Under the pieces are notes generated by a model that was not told the DNA's origin, did no database searches, and saw only the letters and a list, made by a program, of their open reading frames with translations. 64,000 nucleotides of DNA from Gnetum montanum (Eukaryota > Plantae > Gnetophyta): assembly GCA_015680685.1 (NCBI GenBank), contig MNCI01000825.1, positions 71,625 to 135,624 on the forward strand, written 5' to 3'. Positions 1 to 11,529 of this stretch are shown in pieces. The position numbers and the translations under genes were made by a program. The number at the start of each line of letters is the position of its first letter. Positions within the stretch are counted from its first letter, which is position 1.

Positions 1-367
1 GGTAGAAATGCTATTGCTTAGATAAATGTTGAATGTTATGAAAAGAAATAAATTGTTTAATACAAACATTAGAGAAAGACTTAGATTATCTTCTATTTCA
101 AATAAGTTACTAGAATGGTGACTTAGATGGTTTGGACATGTACAAAGAAGATCAAACGATGAACCTATAGAAAAAGATTGTCATATAATTGTTCCTAGAA
201 AATCCATTGAAAGAAAGACTAAAAAAGACATGTTAAAAAACAATTGAATATGATTTAAGAAATTGCAAATAAACAAAGACCAAGCTCCTCATAAATATGA
301 ATGGTCAAAAAGAACTCATGTAGCTAATCCCATTTTATTGGAAAAAGGCTAGGATGATTATGATGAT
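1..367 (+). mobile_element. RTE-clade LINE, degenerate 3' end (post-RT region and GAT-repeat tail)
   Basis: Frame starting at base 2 reads VEMLLLR*MLNV...NIRERL...LRWFGHVQRR, the typical RTE C-terminal motif; later HVANP; ends in ggctaggatgattatgatgat tail. Confidence 0.8.
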
Positions 368-1110
368 CAAATCCTTTTAAAGAATATTGAGTGAAAATGT
401 ATTTATTTCTTTTAAACCATATTTTAATTAAAACACAAATAGGAAGTATGCTTCACATCCTTTCACCATTTGTGGTACAATTGTCTCTAGGCCTTATAGA
501 GTATGCTTAGGTTTGAAAAAGTTTTCCAACATTAACTTTATTTCACCAGTTGCAACCAACTTTTCTTACCATATTTGCTAAAGTAAATCTTGTAAATTTC
601 TCCTTTTCACCATCATCCAAGTTTGTAGATTTAAATTCCATTATTCTTGTGATTATGTTGTCTCATAGTATTCTATTCATATTATATGTTATTAAACCTA
701 TTATTTCAATAGTTTTGTAAATCTATTATTACATGGTTTTTAAGCTTCATTGGATGTTCACATTCAAGCGAGCAGAAAATAGTGAAAATATGAATGTATT
801 TTGTTCTTGTCTTTTCATGCTTCTTTATTTTGTCATTATTGTATCTTACTTATTAGTGGTAAGGCCTTACAAGATAATCATATCAACAAAGTCATACTCA
901 AAGACGTAGTGGATTTAGACTTATAAAATCACTATCATCGTAATAATAACATTATTGAGTTGTTGAGTTATACCTTACATGGTAATGAATCTACTCCTAT
1001 AAAATAATTTATAATGCTAACTATATAGCAATGTAGGAGTTGTGGTGTCTCTAAATCACATTTTCACTAGCACTACATTTAAAGGTATATTGGATTCTAC
1101 CATCTAAGTT

Positions 1111-1740
1111 GTGCGTGTCTAGTACTGCCTTAGTTGACTTTAGGCCGTATTATGCTCGTTTATGCTACTTAGCGTGGCAAAGCATAATAGAGCATAGAAG
1201 TATTTAACTCAAGCTATTTTATGCTCTATTTACGCTGCAAAGCATAATAGAGCGTAAAAATGGCCAACTTTACAATAAGTTATGCTTGCTTACGCTGCGT
1301 AGTGTAATAAGCGTAAAGCAACCAATCTGCAAAAAAAGAAGAAATCAATCTGCCACACTTCTTTGGACTCTGACTTTGACTTCCTTGAAGCTCATTACAC
1401 TACTCTATGTAACGAAGCGTAAACTCAGCCCTGAACAAAAAGACTTAGCGAGATGTGCGATAAGTCTTAGACTTTAAACCTTGTCGAATTCGCCGAAGTA
1501 AGTTACTTTCTGATATCGGGCTACATTAAGCAGAGTTACGCTGAACATCATTATGCTATGTTGCGTAATGTAGAGTAAAGAGAGAAAACAAAGTAAGTAA
1601 GGTTGGAATCTGTAAGAAATTTGGAGACTTGATGTTGCACGCCTCTCTGCCTTGTTCTGTCTTCTGAATTTCTGTCGCAAACTTTCGCCTAAATCGTGAA
1701 TCTTCACCCTAGGCCGATTCACAATTTTCACAGTGTTTCA
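1111..1740 (-). repeat. 3' LTR of the Tat element (U3 portion only, truncated)
   Basis: Matches 16511-17140; starts TGAAACAC on the minus strand right after the PPT; homology to the other LTR stops abruptly at 1111. Confidence 0.88.
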
Positions 1741-1753
1741 ATGGCCCCTCTTT
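1741..1753 (-). other. Polypurine tract of the Tat element
   Basis: Minus strand AAAGAGGGGCCAT immediately precedes the TG of the 3' LTR. Confidence 0.8.
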
Positions 1754-1938
1754 GTTGATGTTTAGAGGGCTTGCCCGAAAGACGTCGACAAAGAATATGA
1801 AACACTGGATGGGTAAAAATACCAACAGCGTTCATCAACAGTTACTCAAGTGTCACCTTGTCAATGTAGAAGTGCAAAAATAAGGGAGACGGGAGCTAAA
1901 ATGGTATGCGAGGAAATTCTTACAAAGGTAAGAAGAGA

Positions 1939-1980
1939 GAGGTTCGGGGAAGACTCAAGTGAGGTTCGGGGAAGACTCAA
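1939..1980. repeat. Exact 20-bp tandem duplication in the Tat 3' UTR
   Basis: gaggttcggggaagactcaa at 1939-1958 and 1961-1980. Confidence 0.9.
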
Positions 1981-2834
1981 ATGAGTGAGCATAGTGTTTC
2001 GTGCATAAGCAATTAAGCCTTCTCCTGCGATTGCGTTTGCATGGAGTTATGCCATCATTTTGTAGATGAAGGGGCTTTCATAGATGAATTGCGTTGCGTC
2101 TGCATGGCCTGGATGAGTTGTGTTTCATCCATTTTACCGACCCCCTTTTTTTTCTTCCACTAGGCGAGTTGCGTTGCACCAGTTCATGCACTTAACTGTA
2201 ATGNGTTGCACTCCTAAGTGGATAGGCTAACTTAAGCGGCCATCTCAAAACGCTGTCTATACTTCACTGCTCGGATGAACGCACTCTTGAATGACATCCT
2301 CGTAGCAAGTAACCTGCAATCAAAGAAGAAAATAGAGGACATCATCACTCAGCTGAATCACCGGAGAGGTTGTTAAAATAAGTACCATTTGGGGCGAGAC
2401 AGAGTGAGCGGGCCATGAACGAGGAACCATAGCAAGAGGCCAGGGTCTCAATGTTGGTGCTCAACCCAGCATATCGTCACCAAAGAAAATTAGACTCATC
2501 GCACCTGACTAGTTATGCAAAGAACCAGCTAGGTGAATCTGTGAAGCCATAGTTTGATAGTGATGATGAGTGGAGATCCCCAAGGTTGTGGTGGATGAAA
2601 ACTCCTTTGGGACTTCGGACGGCGAAACTAACCTCTCAGAGGTGCCACCGATGAAATGGGTGCAGTGACGGCATCTCCGAGGGGTCAGTAGTATGCCCTT
2701 CAGTATATCCGAGGAATCAACAGAATGCCTGCAAGGTAGCGATGCTGGGGCTATCCCAACATCCCCTCCCATTCGTGTTGTAGTCGCGCAGAGATGGTCA
2801 CGTTCGCCTGAGTCGTGTGTTGGCGATCTGTAGG

Positions 2835-3189
2835 TCCTAGTTTTAAGTCCTAGTAGACTGCTGTTGCTGGTTTTAAGTCCTAGCAGACCATGGTCCCAAT
2901 TTAAAGTCTAGGCAGACTAAAGAATGCTAGTTTTACGTCGTAGCGGATGGCGGTAGAGCTGATTTATGGTCTCAACAGACCATGTTGTGGATGTCATTTT
3001 CATGTCATGACCCAAGGACAAATCTGTGCTGGTTTTACGTCTCAGCAGATGGATACCTACCTGTGCCAAATTTTATGTCATGGCGGACAGCTGGTGCCAG
3101 TTTAGCGTCGTGGTGGACACGTGCAAGAAATGCCAATTTTACATCTTGGCGGACCTGTACAACACTGCCAGTTTTACGTCGTAGCGGAC
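2835..3189. repeat. Array of ~11 degenerate ~24-bp motifs with short variable spacers, just downstream of integrase
   Basis: Core TGCYRRTTTTAYGTC-N6-GAC, e.g. tgctggttttaagtcctagcagac, tgctagttttacgtcgtagcggat, tgccaattttacatcttggcggac, tgccagttttacgtcgtagcggac. Confidence 0.85.
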
Positions 3190-3224
3190 GATTATTGTGC
3201 CTGATGTTAACACTGGATATGCAG

Positions 3225-6200
3225 CTAGACATAGTACCGCTTCAGATATATATGGTTCACGGCATTCGGTAACTCATTGCCGTTGATATCTGCTAGCTTG
3301 AATGCACCGTTGCCATACACATCAGCTACCAAGAAAGGGCCCTCCCAGTTTGCAGAGAACTTGCCTACTGGTTTGCGAACAGCCTTGAGAACCAAATCTC
3401 CTTTCTCGATCAAACGTTGTTGAAGATTATGACGATGCTTCTGCCTCTGCTTATCTTGATACTTTTCGATGGTATCAAGCATCTGTATTTGCTTCTCCTC
3501 TACTGAGTCCAAATCCATGATCCGAGACTCGGTGTGTTGAGCGTCATTTATAATCGTGGAGAGAACCATCCACAGAGAAGGAACTTGTAATTCGAGGGGC
3601 AGCACCGCCTCAGATCTATAGACTAGGCTATAGGGTATGCTGTCTATAGCTGTTCTACATGTGGTACGGTACGCCCATAGCACATAGAGGATCTTTTCAT
3701 GTCATCATCTTTTGTTGCTGCTGAGCATTTTCTTGAGCAAATTGATGATGACCTTGTTCGTTGCTTCAACTTGATCATTCATTTGTGGGTAATAAGGCGA
3801 GGAAAAAGATTATTTGATACCAAGACTATCACAATAAGATTTGGTTTCCACACTGCTAAATTGTGGCCCATTATCGGTCACGATAGTCATCGGGAAGCCA
3901 AATATAGTTACGATGTTGTCTAAAATGAAATGACAGATCTATTGAGATGTGATCTTTCACAAAGGGATGGCTTCCACACACTTCGTGAAATATTCAGTGG
4001 CGGTGATTATGAAGCTGTGAGCTGCGGAAGATTTTGGTGTGATAGGCCCTATAATGTCTAATCCCCATTGTTGAAAGGGCCATGTAATTTGAGTCGTGTA
4101 TAGTTCTGTAGGCGACACATGTATAAGGTTCACATAACATTGACACGTGTCACATGTTTTAACCTTTGTAAGACAATCTCTTTCCATATACGGCCAATAA
4201 TACCCTAAGCAACGGATTTTAGAGGCCATGGCTCGTGGTGCTACGTGTCCTCCGCATAATCCCTCGTGAACTTTGCTGATTATACGTTGTGCTTGGTCTT
4301 TGTTGATGCAAGTAAGTAGTACTGCATCAAAAGAGTATCTACAAAGGGTACTATCTCCTATGATGACGTATTGCCTAGCTCGCTTGCGGATTGCATCTTT
4401 TTGTGCGCGTGTTAGCTCGTGTGGTGGTTCGCCATGCAGGAGGTAGCTTTTAATGTTATCGTACCACTCTGGCGTTTTATCCTCGAGCAGTGAAGATATT
4501 TGCGCCGTCTGAATGATATGATCTGTACACTCTGTTATTAACGTGGGATAAGTGTTGAACAGGTGCAACGGCACATTTAAAGCTAATGTAGCCAGTGCAT
4601 TGGCTAGAGTGTTGTCATTTCGAGGCACGTGTTGGGCATCGGTTGCTGCGAACTGTTTCATAAGATCTTTAGCCATATCGCAGTAGGGCTATAAATGTGC
4701 AGCCTTGTAGGCATAGACTCCTATGATTTGATTTATAACAAGTATCGAATCACCCCTAATTGCCAAGTGTTGAACATCGAGCTCTCTGGTTGTTAATAAT
4801 CCCCTGAGAAGCCCCTCGTACTCTGCCACGTTGTTCGTACAAGGAAAGGTCACACGGTAGGCGTGTAGATGTACATCCTCAGGTGACAGTGTAACGATCG
4901 TGGCGGCACTGTTGCCTCTAGCGGTTGAACCTCCATCAAAATGTAATGTTGCTTCGAGGCCTGTTAGGATAGGGCTTAGATTATGTACATGCTCATCGTG
5001 GAATTCAAGCTCTATCATCGCCTGACTGTCAATAGGTGATGTTATTAGTTGGTCAGCTATCGCTTGGCCTTTCGTAGAAGATTAACCAATGTAATGCAAA
5101 TCGAACTCTGCCGTGATAGCTTTCCAACGAGCTATCTTACTACTTTCATACAGGTTGTTCGTAATAGCCCTAAGGATGTTATTCTTGCAGATTATGTTGA
5201 CTTAGCTATGAAAGAGATAGTGTCTACATTTTTTGAGCATAAATACTAACGCTAAACAATTACACTCTACTTCATTATACCTTGTTTCATATGCACATAG
5301 AGCATGACTCAAGTAGTATATGGGTACTTCTGACCCATCATCTCTCTTTTGACAGAGCAATGCAACTAGGGCTACATCTAAGGTCACAAAGGTAAATGTA
5401 GAACGGTTGATCCCTTTGTGGCGGAAATACTGTTGGCAAGCATTGAAGTTCTTGCTTCAAACTATCAAACGCATGCTGACAATCATTTGTCCATTCGAAA
5501 TTAACCCCCTTTCTAGTAGATGCTGCAGAGGATGTAACTTGTCTGTTAGTCTCGAAATGAACCGCCTGATAAATTGTAACCTCCCTTGCAATCCGCATAA
5601 TTGCTTGAGATTTGTAGGGGGTATCAATTCAACAATGGCGTTGACCTTGTCAGGGTCTACTCGTATACCAGTTTCCAATACCACAAACCCCAGCATGCGT
5701 CCGGTTTTGACTCCGAATATGCACTTCTTTGGGTTGATCTGGAGGTCGTATTTAGAGCATCTTTTAAGGACTAACTCCAGATCCTCCGAATGATCTTCTG
5801 ACCTTATAGACTTAACAGCTATATCGTTAACATAATCATTCAGTCTCCCTAGGAGGTAATCGATAAAGACGTACGTCATAGCTCGTTGATAAGTAGCTCC
5901 AACATATTTTAAACCAAAAGGCATCATGGTGTAACAAAAGGTCCCCCAGGGTGTCATGAATGTCATTGTCAGCTGGTGTTTTGGGTTGATGCGAATTTGA
6001 TTATAGCCTGAGAAGCCATCCATGAAGGATAAAAGCGCATGCCCAGTGGTTGTATCCACTAGTTGGTCGATACTGGGTAGTCGAAAATTATCCTTGATTG
6101 TAGCTTTGTTCAAGTCTCAGAAGTTTATGCATATGCGTATCCCTCCTGTCTTTTTGGGGACAACTACAATGTTAGATACCCAGTCTGAGTAATCGACCGC

Positions 6201-6704
6201 ACAAATGAAACTAGCCTTCTATAGTTTAGTGATCTCATCACGTACTACTAGCACAACTTCTGGCTTAATTTTTCATGCTTTTTGTCTAATTGCTTTGATA
6301 TGGGGATCTAGAATTATGTTGTGTTGTATTAGTCTTGGGTCTAGTCCCGACATATCTTCATATAACCATGCGAACATTGTGACATTGTTCTGGAGCACCT
6401 GTTTTATGTTGTCATGTACCTTTTGGTCCAGTAAAGAACTAACCTTAAGAGTTTTAGTCTCACCTTTATGCGTAACCATAGAGACCTCATTAAGGGGGTC
6501 TTCGGTTACATCTCCAGCCTCCAGATCTAGCGTGCACATCGATTGTTCTGGCCAGTCTAGAGATGTTTTCGACGTGGCTATGGTTGCATCATTGAGGGCA
6601 AGGTTAGTTTCTACTAGTGTGGGATCAAATTGTCTAATGATTCCCCCATGTGGGCCTGTTAAGGCTACGGGTGCAGATAAAGTTTCGTCTATTTGCCAAC
6701 TATC
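3225..6704 (-). pseudogene. pol: pol (RT - RNase H - additional archaeal-type RNase H - integrase) of the Tat element, with stops and frameshifts
   Basis: SFMDGFSGYNQI, TPWGTFCY.MMPFGL, YVNDI (RT); PIYYLS...ETRY (RH); LHFDGGS...FPCTNNVAEYEGLL...GDSILVINQ (aRH); VHEGLCGGH...CDTC, WPFQQWGLDIIGP, WEGPF (INT). Confidence 0.92.
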
Positions 6705-7168
6705 CTGCAAAATTGCCAAATATGAAAGTGGTTAGGAAAATGCTAAGTTAGATGTCGCCAGTATTAACGTATGACGTGTGGTGTAGTTTTGAAAAAGGTA
6801 TGGCATGACGTTGCCGAGCATGAAGAGCTAACTGAATCTTGGATACCGTGAATAGCCTGTAATTAATGTGACCCGATTACGAGGTGATAAGATGCAGTAG
6901 TTTAAGGTCATTTCGGACCGTAATGCATGCGATATCTGCCGCAATTAATGCCCTCATCTTCGGGTTCCAGCTCATACTGACACCAGTGTTTGGGCAAGTC
7001 TCGCTTTAATCAGGAGTCAAGTCGGTTAGTATTGCATATCAATAGGCAGTTCTTATCGAAAACAGGTTGTTGGCTATTGCAAATTCAAACTTTCGGCTGT
7101 CGCAGAGAGAAGAAGAAAGAGTAAAATATTGCAGCGCATTATTTGTGAAAGTGTTCAGGACTGTAACA

Positions 7169-10100
7169 ATGGCGCCGAAGGTGAGAAGAAAGAATACCAA
7201 ATTGGCCAAAATCGACGAAGTACAAGGGAGCCTACAGCGTGCTTCGCAGGCCTTGGTCGAAGTGAGAGATGTCACTCCCCTGAATCGGTAGGTCATCCCT
7301 TACTTACTCGGGTTGCTTCTGGTGATACGCTCTTTTTTTTGTTTATCCTTTTGTGTCATCTGCGTAAACTAGAGTTTTAGGATGTAGACCTCGTGTTAAA
7401 ATGAGGGTTTAGGCAATAGTATTGCGTCTATCGCCATTGTCTAAGACAAACCTTGTACTGTTGCAAGGGTTTAAGCAATTTCGGCTGTATGGTTAAAGCG
7501 TAATTTGTAATTTTTCCTATAGTTTAAGCATGCAATGGAATCTAGATGGTAACATGTTTATTTTCTGTTCAGTATCATGGTGAAACCTGTCCTAATCGTT
7601 TTGGACATAGTCGGGGTTTTATGTTGTATACATCCTCTCACACCCAATGTTCCTCACCCTCAGACTCGTTTGTAGGGGAAGGCTATATGGTTCAGGAAGG
7701 GTGCGCTGGAGTTTTTGCAGTTTTTGCTACGTAACTACAGTATTATTGTGTGGTCGAATTTGTCAGGCGATGTGGCTGGAGCTATTTTAGAACATTTGTT
7801 AGTCGGTTCTACACAGGGCGTCCTGGCTTTCCTGACAGACGGGGCTATTGATACTGGTCATCCTCAAGACCGCGAACTTAGCGCCAGAGGATTGAGGTGT
7901 TTAAGTTGGATCTGGGAGATGCTTGGATTTAGCTGTTATCATGCGTATAATACTTTGTTCGTGGCTCGTCATATCTCGACTTACTTTCATAATCCACCAG
8001 GCATGGTGTATTTTTCGGGCGGGTAAGTTGTTTTACTGGTAGTATTGTTAATATGTTTTTAATGTCTGAATTTGCAAAGTGTAGAATAGTAATGTGCCAT
8101 ATGATACAGGTTCTTCATCAATGAAAATGGGTTAGTGGGCAATAATGATACATTGACCTGGACTGAAAGGACGATAAATGAGTTTACGTCCACTAGCAAC
8201 GTACCCGCTGGTGTAATGGGGAAAATAGCCTTCGAAATTCCTGACTATCCCATCCATTATGCCGATTCCTTCAAGAGTTTTCAGAATCTCAGGTCGTTAC
8301 ATGAGGAATGGACTTTAAACCCGCCCCTCACCCTCGTGGACGTGCAAAGGAAGCTTCCTCCATTTCCTTTGCCATTTGGACCTGGTAAGGTTTCGTTGCT
8401 GCAATTAGTTACAGGATATTATATATATTTTTTTTGCTTTAAAATGTTGCATAACAGTGTTTTCGCTATCTTGACTTGTGCTTCGTGTTATCAGTTAGGG
8501 AATCCCGAGAGATTACCATCATGATTTTTGGCCGTGAGGCGAACACCCTTCTCTTCCATTATGGCGATATAAAGGAAGCACAACGCTGGCTCGGCCACGC
8601 GGCGGCCCCAGTTGCATTAGTCACCAAGCTGTGGGAAGCGAGGCTGATGCATTTATTCCTGGCCGTAACCCCTGATGTCCCCCCAAGTGAAATGTTAACC
8701 CTAGTTAACTCCTTCAGCGAGGGGGCTGAGCGTTTTTGCACGCGTGTGCGTAACGTGCGTGTGCATTTTGATATCGACACTCAGCTTTTTACTAACCTCT
8801 TCAGCGTCCCCTCTGATGGTCTTCCCATAGAGGAAAAATCGAGGAGAAGCGTCAAGTGTCAGGAAGAGCTGGAGGAGTGGTTGGGGACCAAGAAGGATAC
8901 AAAGGGAATCCCTTGTGAAAAGATCGAGTTAGAGGTTGCCACAACTATTTATCCCCTCTTTCGAGCCCGAGCTTTCACCAGAACACTCTCACAGGGAAAG
9001 TTCTTTACAATAGAACAGGCCCGTATCATGCGAGAGGTGATTGAGGAAGGGACCCAATTTGACTGGGCAAGCTATTTCGCTGAGGGGTTACGCACTGAGA
9101 TGATCAGGCTCCGCCAAAAGCTCGAGTCTCGTTTCAGTGTGCACTTTGCCTTATTCATAGCTTGCCTCTGGCATTTTGCCGAATTTTTGGTGGTCCAGAG
9201 GAATGGGGTCTAGGTGCAACAGGACCGAGACCAGTTATCCAAACCCTGGATTTCTCATCTCTTCGGCACTACTCGGTCACAGGATCCTCCGGAAGGAATT
9301 GGGGAGTCGCTTTCTATAACGACTAGGGATGTGGCGGCACCTTGAACGCCACGCCCTAACAGCGTAGGTGGGGTGCTTCCAACTTACACCGGTGATGCGT
9401 CATGGGGGAAGCGCCTAGTGGCAGAGATCGTAGATGCCTCGATTCAGCGTAAAAGGCCCTGTTTAACCGAGGTGCCTATGGAGCCAGCAGGTGGCACGGG
9501 CAGAACTGTACAAGTCAACTTTCAGCAGAGTAAACCTCCACCTGGTAAGTGCAAGGATATAGTAAAAGTTATGGTAATTTTTGTATTACGCAACGTATTC
9601 AAAGTATTTTGAATTATTCGAGTGTATTATATGGTATAAACAGGGAGACCCATAGAGCGGCTGACCCCTAAAATAGGGGCGGTGGTATTACGGCGTGGAG
9701 AAGGGGCCCCAATTTTGGAAGAGGAGGCCCTGGCTATTAAAGTGAGTGACGCACAAACCCTTGTGTGCAAGGAGAGAGAGGAGGAAGAGAACATTGACGC
9801 ACTCCCCACCGAAACAGGCAGAGGTAATCAGTCTATTAAAATTTTTAAGGAATTTTGTTAATAACTAGAAATTTTGACTTAATTACGCTACAGATGAACG
9901 AGAGGCATCCCCTTTCGCCATTGTAAGCAAAGTGTGGGGGGAATTCCCTAATAAATTTGCCTTCATGGAAGGCATTGTCGATGATATGATCGAGCGCCTC
10001 GATCCTGGGGCTGGTATGTTATGGCTATAGTACGCTTATTTTATTATAAGTTTATAATGCTTATGTACATTTAATTCAATATTCGTCATTAGGAGCTCAC

Positions 10101-11222
10101 CTTCGATGGGACTCTACAGAGCCCATTGACCTGGACACTATCGAGCCTTCATCGGAAGGGGCGGTCGTGCCATGCAACATTTATGAGGAAATGCGTAAAT
10201 GTGCGTTACGCTCAACCCGCTCCTTGTGGGAGAGTCAAAACGTCAATGAAAACCTCTGGAAGAAGCTGCAGAGGTTAGAGAAGGAAAGGATGTCTCTGAC
10301 CAAAGAGGTCAGAGACTTAAGATCGCGATGTGAATTCCTGCAAGCATGAGGAACGGGTGAAGAGGACTGGCAGACGGCTGTCATTGACTACGCTCGCTAC
10401 TGGACCACCGTAAAAAACAGCATACAGACCAGTCGCGAATTGGTGAAGCAACGGATGCAAATAGAGCTCTTGGCCCAGAAGAACCAGGACTGGAAGGACT
10501 TTTGCGCAAGTGTCCAAGAGTGAGGGCAGAAAAAAAAATATCATAAGCATCTATATAAGCGAGAAAGTATCGCTTATCGCCAGCACTATCGAGATTCTTC
10601 CATTGAAGCTCAATCCTTGCGATTGTTCCTTGATGTCATTGGTGCATCTAAGGCCTTCAAGAAGTTCCAGGAGCAGGTGACAGTAAGCGCGACCTCAGAA
10701 AGGGAAATTAATCTTCCCAGAGAAGAGACTATAGTCCCTATTTTCTTCCCTGAACCACCCCGATGGACTAGCATGGAGAAAGGGAAGGTGAAGGCTGGAA
10801 CTAATCTGGGGAACGGAGTTTGGTCTGAGTTAACCGAAGATGAAATTATGCAACGCCTATGGGTTAGTTTAGATCAACTCCCCTTTGCTGCGGATGCAGG
10901 ACCATCAAGAGTAAGTTTGAGTGTTATTGAATTTAAATTTTCTAATTTGTCCTATCATGGCTTTTGCTTATGTATTTATTGCATGTAGGTACAAGGAGTG
11001 GATGAAGAAGGTGGACAGAATGAAGAGCACGTTCAGGAAGGAGAGCGTAATGACGCAGACCATCCTCTTGGGGAGCAAGTGTTAGTGCAAGAACCCCGTG
11101 AAGATGACATTCCTCATGAACGAATACTCCCTAAAAGAGATGGTCCATTCGAGGACGATTTGTTAGGCTTAGAGGCGAACTTAAGGGATACGAGCGATAG
11201 TGGTACTAGGGGGGATGCGTAA
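7169..11222 (+). pseudogene. 8-exon antisense accessory gene (1081 codons): FCP1/NIF HAD phosphatase-like domain + PMD/transposon-ORF-like domain + coiled coil + acidic tail; five premature stops
   Basis: Exons 7169-7287, 7573-8022, 8110-8384, 8495-9544, 9644-9823, 9894-10013, 10093-10910, 10989-11222 (3246 nt). ATG in AACAATGGC context. All 7 introns are GT-AG and AT-rich, and phases match with no frameshift. Stops at 7673, 9211, 9343, 10347, 10521 are all TAG/TGA, each one C>T change from CAG/CGA. Confidence 0.85.
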
Positions 11223-11529
11223 TTGTGATTTACGCATGATTTTATTTATGAGGTTAAACAATGGCAATATGAATTTTGGCATGATTAATCATGAGATTTT
11301 CTATATGGTTTTTAATTTTATGTTTAATTTTATGTCTTTATTTATACAAAGCGTAAATAGAATTGTTAAAGATTTTGGATAGGTTGNATAAACTGGGAAG
11401 CATAAATGGCAGAATGGATAGAAAACGTAAATATATGTATATTGAAGAAAACTGACAGTCAAATTTGATAAGCAGAAATGAAAAAAACTAGCGAAAATAT
11501 AACGATGTGTGTAAATACCACTCAGATCA

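Noticed and set aside
1286-1731. ORFs in the LTR (also 16686-16877)
   Set aside because: Short, non-ATG starts, inside LTR repeats; no coding signature.
2835-3189. CRISPR array
   Set aside because: Repeats are degenerate, spacers far too short (about 4-13 bp), no cas genes, and the context is a plant retrotransposon 3' UTR.
5407-6735. Plus-strand ORFs 5407-5793 and 6205-6735
   Set aside because: Antisense shadows of the pol frame with no recognisable motifs.
7169-11222. Functional host gene or independent nested DNA transposon
   Set aside because: Five nonsense codons of the same C>T type as in the flanking gag/pol, location inside LTR-bounded DNA, and no TIRs, TSD, transposase or Helitron ends seen. 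Not fully excluded without other copies.
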